Assembly: GCA_041742395.1 (NCBI GenBank)
Contig: JBGSIS010000028.1
Coordinates: forward strand, 31,147 to 95,146
Direction of reading: 5' to 3'
DNA length: 64,000 bases
DNA from: Candidatus Saccharimonadales bacterium
Lineage (GTDB): Bacteria; Patescibacteriota; Saccharimonadia; Saccharimonadales; JACQNP01
In this document: piece after piece, positions 1 to 9,815 of the stretch
Layout: every line of letters starts with the position of its first letter
Position numbering within the stretch: the stretch's first letter is position 1
The notes under the pieces: model-generated
Told to the model about the DNA's origin: nothing
Database searches by the model: none
The model's input: only the letters and a program-made list of their open reading frames with translations
Translations under genes and position numbers: made by a program

Positions 1-1034
1 GATCCCCAAACAGCGTATTTTTTACCTTGCCATTCGTGTATCTTAAGAATAGTTGCAGTAGTCACTCCTGCATCAGGATTATTTGTAACAACTTCGTTAG
101 CTTTCATTAGTCCATCTTTTAAAGCTTCTTCGACTTTCTTAGGCATCATTTCTGATAAGTTCCTTGAAATAATTTTACCTTCAACAACTTCTCTTGTTTG
201 TCTTGATGCTTCTGCGCCACCTATATGACCACCAGCACCATCAAAAACTCCATATAATCCATTTTCATTATCAATTAATGAAGAGTCTTCGCCTTTTAAT
301 TGCTTCTCGGCTAAACCTGATTCAATTGAAATTACTTTATTTTCTTTTTTTTCAGTAGATCTATCCATGATTAATTTGCCGATTTTGCTTCGAGTTAATA
401 TTCTGTCTCTGAAAGATTTTGATTCTTCTTTACTCTGTTGTCTGTCTACAGTAACAAATGAACCATTAGTAGATCCAACATCAGCAATATTTAGTGTGTT
501 AGTTGTCTCGTCATATCTTAATTCTAAATGATTTCGGGATGTAGTAGAATCATCGGTTGTATTAATCTTATTTTCGTCAGATCGCCCAACTCGTACTGTT
601 TCACCTGGCTTTAGTGAAGAGTAAATCGGTGCGTCGTTTGGATGCCTTTCTATGTCATATTTCAATGTTTTTGGGTCTCGTATGAGCTTAACTAAATGAA
701 GATCGTCAACAGTAGTCAAAGCATGTGACTCATCTGTCCTATTTAGTAAACCCGTCCAAATCAATCCATCACCTGTTCCACGTTTTAGCGCAGAAGGACG
801 TCTATCCATAATACCAAATAGAGAGTCCTGACCAATGTCTACTGTAGCGACTAAATCAGCTAATAGACCCGTGTTATCATGGATTTGATCACTTTCAATA
901 AGGGGAGTGATCGAACCTAGATCGATGTTAATTTGTTCAGCCTTTAACTTCTCTGACTGAAACTTACCAATAAAATCAGCTGCTGGTATGCCTTCTGGTG
1001 TAGGATCGTATTGTTGATGTTCTCTGTTTATCAT
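1..1034 (-). CDS. FHA-domain / PP2C-type Ser/Thr phosphatase fusion protein (3' end cut by window edge)
   Basis: Own translation from ATG 1034..1032: MINREHQQYDPT... FHA signature VRVGRSDEN..TSRNHLELRY..GSTNGSFV, then PP2C motif GLYGVFDGAGGHIGGAEASR. The frame stays open to base 1. Absent from the ORF track because there is no stop in the window. Confidence 0.75.
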   Translation of the reverse strand, partial: MINREHQQYDPTPEGIPAADFIGKFQSEKLKAEQINIDLGSITPLIESDQIHDNTGLLADLVATVDIGQDSLFGIMDRRPSALKRGTGDGLIWTGLLNRTDESHALTTVDDLHLVKLIRDPKTLKYDIERHPNDAPIYSSLKPGETVRVGRSDENKINTTDDSTTSRNHLELRYDETTNTLNIADVGSTNGSFVTVDRQQSKEESKSFRDRILTRSKIGKLIMDRSTEKKENKVISIESGLAEKQLKGEDSSLIDNENGLYGVFDGAGGHIGGAEASRQTREVVEGKIISRNLSEMMPKKVEEALKDGLMKANEVVTNNPDAGVTTATILKIHEWQGKKYAVWG

Positions 1035-1066
1035 TATATTTTTTGTATTTTTACTTTAATATCTAC

Positions 1067-1095
1067 ATAGTAGCACATTATTGCTTTTTTGTAAA
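1067..1095 (-). promoter_or_regulatory. sigma70-type promoter of the FHA/PP2C gene
   Basis: Minus strand reads TTTACA (1095-1090), 17 nt, TACTAT (1072-1067), with TGc directly upstream of the -10 box. The ATG is 32 nt downstream. Confidence 0.4.
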
Positions 1096-1096
1096 C

Positions 1097-1122
1097 TTAA
1101 AAGACTCCATGTCAGGAGTCCT
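1097..1122 (-). terminator. terminator-like hairpin after the receiver-domain gene
   Basis: Minus RNA reads AGGACUCC-UGACAU-GGAGUCUU-UUAAGUUU. Core stem is 1103-1108 with 1115-1120. Confidence 0.5.
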
Positions 1123-1146
1123 TCGGTTAAATCTTAATCTAATCAA

Positions 1147-1530
1147 CTATCCAATATGTTGCTTGATTCTTTCAATTACGTCAGCAATGACAACTTGAGA
1201 CTTAACTAAATAGTCATCCACACCTAGACTTTCGGCTTTTTCTTTGTCGCTGTCTTGACTGAGTGCTGTTAGCATTATTATCTTTACATTTGCCGTTTCT
1301 GGAGTATTTCTTAGTATATCCAGAACATCAAATCCGCTAACCTTTGGCATCATTACATCAAGAAGGATAAGATCTGGCTTATACTCTAGTGTTGCTGCGA
1401 GGGCATCTTCGCCATTCTTTACTCTTTTTACCGTGAAATTCTCTGCTTGTAGTCTTGTCTGATAGACGCTTGCTAGGGCATCATCATCTTCAACCATCAA
1501 AATCTTTTTTTGTTTTGTTGCTTCTTCCAT
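1147..1530 (-). CDS. stand-alone response-regulator receiver domain (CheY-like)
   Basis: 127 aa. Acidic pocket MVEDDD, phospho-acceptor context LILLDVMMP, LTA and conserved K (YLVKS). No output domain. Confidence 0.85.
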   Translation of the reverse strand: MEEATKQKKILMVEDDDALASVYQTRLQAENFTVKRVKNGEDALAATLEYKPDLILLDVMMPKVSGFDVLDILRNTPETANVKIIMLTALSQDSDKEKAESLGVDDYLVKSQVVIADVIERIKQHIG

Positions 1531-1551
1531 AATGCTTAAGTTACCAGAATC

Positions 1552-3162
1552 TTAGTCTTTTTTCAATAGCGACTTAACAAAACCTGTGAACATTGGATGC
1601 GCTTTATTGGGTCTAGATTTAAATTCTGGATGAAATTGACTTGCCATAAAGAAAGGATGGTCTTTGGCTTCTATTATCTCTACCAGATTACCGTCTGGGC
1701 TTGTTCCACTGGCAACAATACCCCATTTATCATATTTTTCTCGGTACTTATTACTACATTCAAAACGGTGACGATGTCTTTCGATTACTTTTGCCTTTCC
1801 GTAAACTTCACTAGCTAGACTGCCTTTTTGAATATTACAAGGATAATCACCTAATCTCATCGTACCGCCAGTATTCACCTTGTCTTCTTGTCCGGCCATA
1901 GTATTAATAACAAGCTGTCTTGATCCATCTTCAAGTTCTGGAGTGGAAGCAGTATCAACACCAGCATTCCTGGCAGCAGCAATAACAGCCATTTGAAGTC
2001 CAAGACAAAGACCCAAGTATGGAACTTTATTTTTTAAACAATACTGAGCCACTTTGATCTTACCTCTTAAAGCTCTTGAACCAAAGCCACCAGGTACAAC
2101 AATTCCATCACATTCCTTAATAATTTTTTCGACCTTATTATCATCTGAAGTGTCGAGTCCTTCAGCGTCAATCCACTTTATTTTTATAGTCACATCTTGC
2201 CACCAAGCAGCTGACTTGAGTGCTTCAAAAACTGACATATAGGTATCTTGATTATCCATATATTTAGCAACTACACCAATGACTACCTTTTTTTCATATC
2301 TTGCTGTGGCCCTGTCTACAACGCTTCGCCATTGTTTAAGATTTGGTTTTGAAGATTTTAACCCCATTTTTTCAACAATGACTTTAGATATCCCAGTATC
2401 TTCAAGAGTTAACGGAACTTCGTATATCGAAAAAGCATTAGGGAGTAATGAAATTGCTTCTGGAGCAACACCAGAAAACATACTTAATTTCTTAATCACA
2501 GTTTTAGGTGATTGTTCTTCGCTTCTAACTACCAGTACATCCGGAGAAATACCTATTCCTCTTAGGTCTCTGACGGCGTTCTGGGCCGGTTTTGTCTTAA
2601 ACTCCTGACTAGCACCTAAGTAAGGCATGTAAACAACATGAACAAAGACGCAGTTTTCTCTACCTACATTGAAAGCCAATTCTCTAATGGCTTCAATAAA
2701 ATTAAGTCCTTCATAATCACCTACAGTTCCACCAATTTCAACAATATGAACATCATAGCCTTTAGATACTCTAAGAATTTCTTCTTGAATTGCGCTAGTT
2801 ACGTGTGGAATAAACTGAACTGTTTTACCAGAATATTTACCTGATCTTTCGTCGTTGATAACTTTCGAAAGAACTCTTCCGCTCATTAAAGAACTTCCTT
2901 GAGTAAGTTCCTGATCTAAGAACCTTTCGTAATGCCCTAAATCTAAGTCGGTCTCTGCCCCGTCCTTTGTTACAAAACACTCCCCATGCTCTGCTGGATT
3001 AAGTAAACCAGCATCGACATTCAAATAGGGATCACATTTTTGTATGTTTACTTTTAGTCCGCGAGCTTTTAGTAGGTTTCCAATTGAGGCGGCAGTAATA
3101 CCCTTCCCTAGTCCGGAAAGCACTCCACCAGTTACAAAAACAAACTTAGTAGATTTTGCCAC
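1552..3162 (-). CDS. pyrG: CTP synthase
   Basis: 536 aa. N-terminal FVTGGVLSGLGKGI, C-terminal glutamine amidotransferase GLCLGLQ..HRHRFE. GTG start. Confidence 0.97.
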   Translation of the reverse strand: MAKSTKFVFVTGGVLSGLGKGITAASIGNLLKARGLKVNIQKCDPYLNVDAGLLNPAEHGECFVTKDGAETDLDLGHYERFLDQELTQGSSLMSGRVLSKVINDERSGKYSGKTVQFIPHVTSAIQEEILRVSKGYDVHIVEIGGTVGDYEGLNFIEAIRELAFNVGRENCVFVHVVYMPYLGASQEFKTKPAQNAVRDLRGIGISPDVLVVRSEEQSPKTVIKKLSMFSGVAPEAISLLPNAFSIYEVPLTLEDTGISKVIVEKMGLKSSKPNLKQWRSVVDRATARYEKKVVIGVVAKYMDNQDTYMSVFEALKSAAWWQDVTIKIKWIDAEGLDTSDDNKVEKIIKECDGIVVPGGFGSRALRGKIKVAQYCLKNKVPYLGLCLGLQMAVIAAARNAGVDTASTPELEDGSRQLVINTMAGQEDKVNTGGTMRLGDYPCNIQKGSLASEVYGKAKVIERHRHRFECSNKYREKYDKWGIVASGTSPDGNLVEIIEAKDHPFFMASQFHPEFKSRPNKAHPMFTGFVKSLLKKD

Positions 3163-3252
3163 CTACTTATAACTCCCTCATTACCAAAGAATACTAACAC
3201 AGGTTCTAAGCTAAGTGAAAGATTTTTAAGTTTTTGACAACAGCTTTAATCT

Positions 3253-4473
3253 CTACTGATTAATTATTGCTATAGCTGCGTCTTTTTGAGGATCTTTGTT
3301 ATTTTTATAATCTTCTTCAGAAAATTCTACTTTGCTATCTGGCTCTATTCCTTCTTTATTAATATTTACGCCATTTGGTGTAAACCATTTTGCGATCGTA
3401 ACTTTTAGCACTCCACCAGAACTAAGAGGAGTAACTTGTTGTACGCTACCTTTTCCAAAACTCTTAACACCAACTAATTTTGCAACTCCATTATCTTTAA
3501 GTGCACCGGCTGTTATTTCACTTGCACTTGCACTTCCTTCGTTAATCAAAACAACCGTGGGAACTCCGCCTAATATATCGCCACCGTCAGCTTTATAGGT
3601 TTTAATAGTTTCACTACCCCGCTTTTCTTCGAGCACTACTTTACCTTTGTCTAGCCATAAGCTGGAAATATCAACCGAAGAATCTAATAATCCACCTGGA
3701 TTATTTCTAAGATCAACTACCACACCTTTAACATTTTTGGATTTAAATTCTTGAGCAGCTTTCTTAGATAGCTCTATAGTATCGTCAGAGAATCTACTAA
3801 TCTTTAGGTAGCCAATGTTATCTTCAATAATTTTATACTCAACACTTGGAATTGATATTTGCTCTCTAGTTATATCGAAGTTCAATTCTTCTTTTCCATC
3901 CCTTACGACAGTGAGCTTAACCTTTGATCCTTCAGGACCTCGAATTTTAGTCACAGCGTCTGAAACCGATAAGTCTAGGGCGCTTTCATCATTTATTTTT
4001 ACTAAGACATCCTTAGCTCTTAACCCTGCTTTTTCGGCAGGAAATCCAGAAATAGGTGCAACAATTACTATAGCTTCGTCTTCCTCGCCTAATTCAGCAC
4101 CAATTCCACTAAATGAACCGTTTAGACTGCTCTCAAATTCTTCAGCTTCTTTAGTATTCAAATATTGTGTATATTCGTCGCCAGTTGACTCTACTAGTCC
4201 CTTTTTTATGCCGTCGATTACATCTTCTTCTTTAAGTTCACCGTCAAAATTAACTCTAAGGGTATCGTAAAGTGATTCGACAGTTTCGTAATTAAGATCT
4301 TCAGGTAATTGCTTATTAGAGCTTGTATTGGCTAGTTTTAAGCTTTCACCTACTGCTATTTTGCCATTACCTATATAGAGTCCAAAGATAAAAACTAAGC
4401 CAAAAGCAAAGGTTACAACGGCTACTTTAAGAGCACTTTTATTATTTTTTACTGTTTTAGATATTTTGTTCAC
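3253..4473 (-). CDS. S41 carboxy-terminal processing peptidase (CtpA/Prc-like), membrane anchored
   Basis: 406 aa. N-terminal TM helix, PDZ region, and S41 motifs RNNPGGLL, EGSASASE, FGKGSVQ. Confidence 0.9.
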   Translation of the reverse strand: MNKISKTVKNNKSALKVAVVTFAFGLVFIFGLYIGNGKIAVGESLKLANTSSNKQLPEDLNYETVESLYDTLRVNFDGELKEEDVIDGIKKGLVESTGDEYTQYLNTKEAEEFESSLNGSFSGIGAELGEEDEAIVIVAPISGFPAEKAGLRAKDVLVKINDESALDLSVSDAVTKIRGPEGSKVKLTVVRDGKEELNFDITREQISIPSVEYKIIEDNIGYLKISRFSDDTIELSKKAAQEFKSKNVKGVVVDLRNNPGGLLDSSVDISSLWLDKGKVVLEEKRGSETIKTYKADGGDILGGVPTVVLINEGSASASEITAGALKDNGVAKLVGVKSFGKGSVQQVTPLSSGGVLKVTIAKWFTPNGVNINKEGIEPDSKVEFSEEDYKNNKDPQKDAAIAIINQ

Positions 4474-4540
4474 ATTTCCTCCACGAAAAATTTCTATGAT
4501 TACAATAAAACATTATACTGAGAAAATACTGTAACTAAAA

Positions 4541-5752
4541 TTAGAAATGTATAAATACAAGTCCGGACTGACTAATAACTGCTTGTCGATAAAGTCCATC
4601 ACCCATACGATTATAATCACTAACTAGGACAGTTCCATCTGAATTAACTGCTTCGACATACATTACATGACCATAATAGCCATTAGGGTTAACTGCTGCA
4701 TCACCGACTCTTGCACCAGAACTATAAGAAACTGATGCACCTCTAGCCTCTGCGTTACCAGGCCAGTTCTTCGCATTACCTAGATATGTGAAACCTACTT
4801 TACCATCAGCTGCTAACTTATATGCAACCCAACTGGTACAGTTTCTAAATCCATATCCCCAACTATCCCAGGCAGAACCATTAAAGTACCAGTCGTAGTT
4901 AAAACAAGCTCCGTCAACGCTGTTAGTGTATACACAATAAGCGTTACCCCAAGGATATCCACCGCCCCCCGGAATCCCAGGCGAAACGTTATTTCCAAAA
5001 ATCCTCATATTCTCAACGATTTGCTGACGAACTAATTCATCAATTTTTGACTTATTTGCCTGAATATCATCGTTAACTTTGCTTTGCTCGGCTTGATTCA
5101 TCCCAAGCAATCTATTTTGCTCTCCTTGCTGAGATGCAATTTGATTCTTTAGTGACTCTTGTTCCCTAATAAGTTTTTCTACGTCTTCTTTTTGCTTACG
5201 AAGTAGAGACTTGAGTTCAGTAACTTTATCCAAACTTGATTTAATCTTAGTCTTTACCGCATTTCGGTACTGTTCTTTATCAACAAAATCACTTAAATCT
5301 TTACTGGAAGCTAACATTTCCAAAGTTGAGATGTCGCCTTCAAGGTACATGGCTTTAATATTTTCACCTAAAAGATTTTTCTGTTTATCTAACTCTTTTT
5401 GAGCTATTTCAATATCTTTAGCTAATTTAGCATTCTTCTCATTGTTAGTAGCAATTTGAGCTTGTAGTCCATTGATTTGCTGCTGAAGTTTATTAATTGT
5501 CTCTTGTATAGATCCTGCTTGAACTTGAAGAGTACCTACTTGCTCTTTCTTTTTATCATTCTCGTTTTTAAGTTGGTTAATTTGTTCCTGCAGATTATTT
5601 GCATTAACAAATACCGGAGAGATTGTGCCAATTAACAAAGCTACACTAAAAAACGCCGCGAACAAGAGAGTTGATGTTATTTTATTTTTTTTAGTGTATG
5701 TTTGTTTTATCATATACTCTTTGATACTAGCATAGTTTGGCATATTTTTCAA
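4541..5752 (-). CDS. coiled-coil + CHAP-domain peptidoglycan hydrolase (PcsB-like FtsEX partner)
   Basis: 403 aa. Signal/TM segment, about 200 aa of heptad-like Q/K/E-rich coiled coil, then C-terminal CHAP with Cys (FRNCTSWVAYKL) and His (GHVMYVEAV). Sits directly downstream of ftsEX. Confidence 0.8.
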   Translation of the reverse strand: MKNMPNYASIKEYMIKQTYTKKNKITSTLLFAAFFSVALLIGTISPVFVNANNLQEQINQLKNENDKKKEQVGTLQVQAGSIQETINKLQQQINGLQAQIATNNEKNAKLAKDIEIAQKELDKQKNLLGENIKAMYLEGDISTLEMLASSKDLSDFVDKEQYRNAVKTKIKSSLDKVTELKSLLRKQKEDVEKLIREQESLKNQIASQQGEQNRLLGMNQAEQSKVNDDIQANKSKIDELVRQQIVENMRIFGNNVSPGIPGGGGYPWGNAYCVYTNSVDGACFNYDWYFNGSAWDSWGYGFRNCTSWVAYKLAADGKVGFTYLGNAKNWPGNAEARGASVSYSSGARVGDAAVNPNGYYGHVMYVEAVNSDGTVLVSDYNRMGDGLYRQAVISQSGLVFIHF

Positions 5753-5779
5753 GATGTGATAACCGATAAATTACCCCCT

Positions 5780-6718
5780 TTATTTAGGTGATTTAAATTT
5801 AAGATATCGCCGTGTTGCAATATAAGAAGATACTGCTCCAATAAAAACCCCAATTGAAATTTGAGCAATAAGTATTAACCAAAAATTATTTTTGAAAACA
5901 CCGTTAGCGTATGGAATATCTAAAATATTACTAGCAGCTTCTATAGTTTTGGCAGATTCAAACATCACCCCTACAAAAAATACCGATAGAATTCCAGATA
6001 CTATGCCATATATCATAGTCTCCACTATGAACGGACCTCGTATATAAAAAGTGCTTGCACCTAGAAGTCTCATAATAGTCAGTTCTTCTCTTCTATTAAA
6101 TATCGCCATCTTTATAGTATTAAATATAATCAACATAGAAACCAACATAAAAATTATTACACCAACAAAGCCAGCCTCTCTGAAAAATTTTGTAGCCTGA
6201 GTTATCTTATCGATTGCATCTTTTCGATCACCCGAATATGACGTTTCTTCAGATTGTAATTTTTTGATGTCTGGCTGTTCTAAGAATTGTCGAATAGATT
6301 CAATCTGATTTGGGTCAATTGGCTTAATCTGGATACTTGCCGGTAGCGGATTATCAGTTTGCGAGATAGCTACCAATAAATCTACATTATCTCTGTTTTG
6401 CTCTTTATAAATCTCTAATGCTTTATCTTTTGAAATATACTCAATTGATTTTACGTTATTGCTGTTCTTTAAGTCGTTAAGTAATTGTTCTCTCTGTTCT
6501 GCAGTTATATCATCAACTAAATACACTGAAATATCAATCTTGTCAGTTATTGTTGTGACGGTATTCGAAAAAGTCTGATTAACAATAAAAGAGAATAAGA
6601 CAATAGTTAACGTAATTACCATAACGGCCATGGCAGCTACGCCCAATGTTAGGTTTCTAAAGAAATTCTGTAAACCTGCTTTAATAATTCTAGAAAGAGT
6701 AATTAATCGTCTTCTCAT
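5780..6718 (-). CDS. ftsX: cell-division ABC permease FtsX
   Basis: 312 aa. One TM helix, a large extracytoplasmic loop, then three C-terminal TM helices. Overlaps ftsE by 4 nt. Confidence 0.9.
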   Translation of the reverse strand: MRRRLITLSRIIKAGLQNFFRNLTLGVAAMAVMVITLTIVLFSFIVNQTFSNTVTTITDKIDISVYLVDDITAEQREQLLNDLKNSNNVKSIEYISKDKALEIYKEQNRDNVDLLVAISQTDNPLPASIQIKPIDPNQIESIRQFLEQPDIKKLQSEETSYSGDRKDAIDKITQATKFFREAGFVGVIIFMLVSMLIIFNTIKMAIFNRREELTIMRLLGASTFYIRGPFIVETMIYGIVSGILSVFFVGVMFESAKTIEAASNILDIPYANGVFKNNFWLILIAQISIGVFIGAVSSYIATRRYLKFKSPK

Positions 6719-7398
6719 GCGCGGGTATACTCCGCGTTTGCTTTATCACTTTCTATTTTTCCGTCATTTATGACTACCACTCTTCTCTTTAATTTATTCA
6801 CAATTTCTTGGTTATGCGTAGTCAATAACACCGTAGTACCGTAGTGATTAATCTTTTCAAGGACTTTAATTACATCCCAAGCATGCTTGGGATCAAGGTT
6901 TCCTGTAGGCTCGTCGGCAATTAAGATCTTTGGCTGTCGAACAATTGCCCTAGCAATCGCTACTCTTTGTCTTTCGCCTCCTGATAACTCCAATGGCATT
7001 CTTTTCTCTTTACCCTTCAATCCGACTATATCAAGAACTCTCGGCACAGTATGATTAATTTCTTTATTGCCGTAACCTACAATTTCGAGTGCGAAAGCAA
7101 TATTTTCAAAAACACTTCTATTTGGCAATAATTTAAAATCTTGAAATACTACCCCGATTTTCCGTCTAAGTAATGGAATGTCTCTGTCTTTTAGCTTATC
7201 GTAATCAACTCCACCGACTATTATCTTTCCACTCGTAGGACGTTCTTCTCTAGTAAGTAGTTTAAGCAAGGTTGATTTACCGGCTCCACTCTTTCCAATA
7301 ATAATAACGAATTCTTTTGGTTCAACGTGCAAACTAATACGATCGAGTGCCGTACTATTGCGATTATATGTCTTAGTTACCCTGTCTAGTAATATCAT
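6715..7398 (-). CDS. ftsE: cell-division ABC ATPase FtsE
   Basis: 227 aa. Walker A GKSGAGKST, signature LSGGERQR, Walker B ILIADEPTGNLD. Confidence 0.93.
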   Translation of the reverse strand: MILLDRVTKTYNRNSTALDRISLHVEPKEFVIIIGKSGAGKSTLLKLLTREERPTSGKIIVGGVDYDKLKDRDIPLLRRKIGVVFQDFKLLPNRSVFENIAFALEIVGYGNKEINHTVPRVLDIVGLKGKEKRMPLELSGGERQRVAIARAIVRQPKILIADEPTGNLDPKHAWDVIKVLEKINHYGTTVLLTTHNQEIVNKLKRRVVVINDGKIESDKANAEYTRA

Positions 7399-7420
7399 GC
7401 GTATCTATTATAGCAAAAAG

Positions 7421-8500
7421 CTAAAGGTTGGCCTCTAAATTTGCATTAATTATCGAATCGAGCTTTCCATCGAGTACCGACTCGACATCACTTGATTCGT
7501 ATTTTGAGCGTAAATCTTTGACCTGTTTATAAGGATGAAGTACGTAATTTCTGATTTGATTACCCCACTCTGCAGACTGATTTGGCCCTTTTAATTCAGA
7601 AACTTTATCAGCGTGTTGTTCTAATTGAAGTTGAGCTAAACGAGACCTTAGTATAGTCATTGCTGTTTCCTTATTCTGGATTTGACTTCTTTCATTCTGA
7701 ATCGCCACAGAAATTCCGGTTGGTATATGGGTTATCCTGACAGCCGAGTCAGTAGTGTTTACTGACTGACCACCATGGCCTCCGCTTCTATAAACATCAA
7801 TCTTTAGCTCTTTATCATCAATTTCAACCTCGCCTGGTTGATCAATTTTTGGCATAACTTCTACTTTTGCAAAACTAGTCTGTCTCAAATTATCTGAATT
7901 AAAGGGGCTAAGTCTAACCAGTCTGTGAACGCCGTGATCATTTTTTAGCTTACCGAACAAAAATAATCCGTCAATTTCCATAGAAACACTTTTAAGTCCT
8001 GCTTCTTCTCCAGAAGATTCATCAACTATTTTGACACCGTAGTTATGACTCTCCGCCCAACGAACATACATTCTATAAAGCATTTGCGCCCAATCTTGAG
8101 CGTCAGTTCCACCTGCACCTGCATGAATACTCAAAATCACATCATGATCATCATATGGCCCAGAAAACTGTAATTGTTTTTTTAATTCAGAAAACTTTTT
8201 GCTTAAGTTGCTTAGTTGATTGGTCAAATCTTTTTTTATTGAATCATCATTAAGTTCAACTAATTCAAGTATTTCGTCAGATTCTTTACTAATTTCTTCC
8301 CAAGGTGAAATAAAGTTATCCAATTTATTAATCTGCTTCATTATGTCTTGTGCAGTTAAATTATCATTCCAAAAATCTGGTTTTAAGGACTCTTCGTTAA
8401 GCGATTTTCTCTTGGCAACCTTCTCATCTAAGCCAAGTCTTGTAATTACCTCACTAATTTCCTTCTGTAAATTACTTATTTGTTTTTTTAAGTCCTGCAT
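7421..8500 (-). CDS. prfB: peptide chain release factor 2, single uninterrupted frame
   Basis: 359 aa. SPF tripeptide (LSPFNS) and GGQ ([10 protein letters not shown]). No in-frame UGA or CUU-UGA-C shift site near codon 25 (reads RLGLDEK). Confidence 0.95.
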   Translation of the reverse strand: MQDLKKQISNLQKEISEVITRLGLDEKVAKRKSLNEESLKPDFWNDNLTAQDIMKQINKLDNFISPWEEISKESDEILELVELNDDSIKKDLTNQLSNLSKKFSELKKQLQFSGPYDDHDVILSIHAGAGGTDAQDWAQMLYRMYVRWAESHNYGVKIVDESSGEEAGLKSVSMEIDGLFLFGKLKNDHGVHRLVRLSPFNSDNLRQTSFAKVEVMPKIDQPGEVEIDDKELKIDVYRSGGHGGQSVNTTDSAVRITHIPTGISVAIQNERSQIQNKETAMTILRSRLAQLQLEQHADKVSELKGPNQSAEWGNQIRNYVLHPYKQVKDLRSKYESSDVESVLDGKLDSIINANLEANL

Positions 8501-8515
8501 AAGGAATAGACTATA

Positions 8516-9802
8516 CTAATTCCAAAGCACCGACAAATCACTATGAAGCGGATCAATAAATTCTTCACTGCAACTACCCAATACTCCGAGACCCCAAATA
8601 TTATCAGTAAACATCGATTTGGAAATATCAACAATTCTATCTTTAGTGACAGCTTCGATTCTCTCTGGAATTTTAAAATAATCATCTATATATTCATCAA
8701 AGAAGTATCTCCAAGCATATCTATTTGCCGTTCCACCCACAGTCTGACCACTTCTTTGAAATTTACCAAGTGAAAATTGCTTAAGGGCGTTAATTTCATC
8801 ATCCGAAATTTTTGCGTTTAAAATATCGTTTAGTTCTTTAATAACAATTTTGAATAGTTGCTTGCTGTTCTTTGGCATGACTTGAGCGCCAAACCACCAG
8901 TTACTACTTAGTTTAGTCTGGCCCACTCCACTACTTAAGCTATAAACTAATCCCTTTTCTCTTGCTGTACCCAATATTTTGGAATGCAATGTTTCAGTTA
9001 ACATAGAGTTAACTAGATTAAGGGCGTCTGATTCAGAATCATCCATCCTTCTTCTCATAAACGTATCAATATAAAAATACAAATTATCTACTGTTTTATT
9101 TTCTATATACAAAGGTGACTTTAGCAATCGTGGCGTTTCGTCGGGAAGCTCAAATCTCTCGCCATCGCTAGGCATTTCTATATCACTGAAAATATTATTA
9201 ATTACTTTTATTCTTTCTTTTGAAAGTTTTCCGGCAACTACGAATCTCATATTTGGAGTTTTGTGCGTCCACTGATAATGACTAATAATGTCTTCGAGCG
9301 TAACGTTATTTATAAGTTCTAGTCTTTCCTTGTCAGTTAAAACCTTAAATCCAAAGTCCTGTCTTAAATTAAGACTAAGCTCTCTGAAATGATTATTAGA
9401 TCTGGAGTTTAACTCTTCTACGACGTTCCCAAACTCAGCATTAAATTCTTCTTGTAAAAAAAGCGGTTTCGAAATAGATAAAGCCAGTAATTGAGAAATT
9501 CTATCCCACTCAAAATCTGCACACTCGGCTTCATAAACTATGTCATAGGCGCTTGTACTTGCGTTTGAATAAGCCCCGTTTTTTTCAAATTCCGCCTGAA
9601 ATAATCTAGCCTTCGGAATCAACTCATTTGCACCCAAAAGTACGTGCTCCATGAGGTGCGGAGCTTCCCATTTATCTCTTTCAACTAAGTACTCACCTGC
9701 TCTAAAGTTGATCTGATAACTCATTACAGTAGCATCTGGAACATTTATAAAGAGACCTTTGGCGCCATTACCTAGAGTTACTTCACTAACAGTATGTTTC
9801 AT
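8516..9802 (-). CDS. M16-family (insulinase-like) zinc peptidase
   Basis: 428 aa. Inverted zinc motif HLMEH (HxxEH) near the N-terminus and a two-lobed M16 length. Confidence 0.8.
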   Translation of the reverse strand: MKHTVSEVTLGNGAKGLFINVPDATVMSYQINFRAGEYLVERDKWEAPHLMEHVLLGANELIPKARLFQAEFEKNGAYSNASTSAYDIVYEAECADFEWDRISQLLALSISKPLFLQEEFNAEFGNVVEELNSRSNNHFRELSLNLRQDFGFKVLTDKERLELINNVTLEDIISHYQWTHKTPNMRFVVAGKLSKERIKVINNIFSDIEMPSDGERFELPDETPRLLKSPLYIENKTVDNLYFYIDTFMRRRMDDSESDALNLVNSMLTETLHSKILGTAREKGLVYSLSSGVGQTKLSSNWWFGAQVMPKNSKQLFKIVIKELNDILNAKISDDEINALKQFSLGKFQRSGQTVGGTANRYAWRYFFDEYIDDYFKIPERIEAVTKDRIVDISKSMFTDNIWGLGVLGSCSEEFIDPLHSDLSVLWN

Positions 9803-9815
9803 TTATTTTCTATTC

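Noticed and set aside
1597-2844. Four plus-strand ORFs (62-109 aa) antisense to pyrG, and similar short antisense or alternative-frame ORFs inside ctp, secA, serS, the M16 peptidase, LCP and the Kelch genes
   Set aside because: All are nested in well-supported conserved genes, lack ribosome-binding context, and have low-complexity or hydrophobic junk composition.
7421-8500. Looked for the programmed +1 frameshift typical of prfB
   Set aside because: The ORF is continuous. The region equivalent to the shift site reads AGA CTT GGC TTA GAT (RLGLD), with no in-frame TGA and no CTT TGA C.
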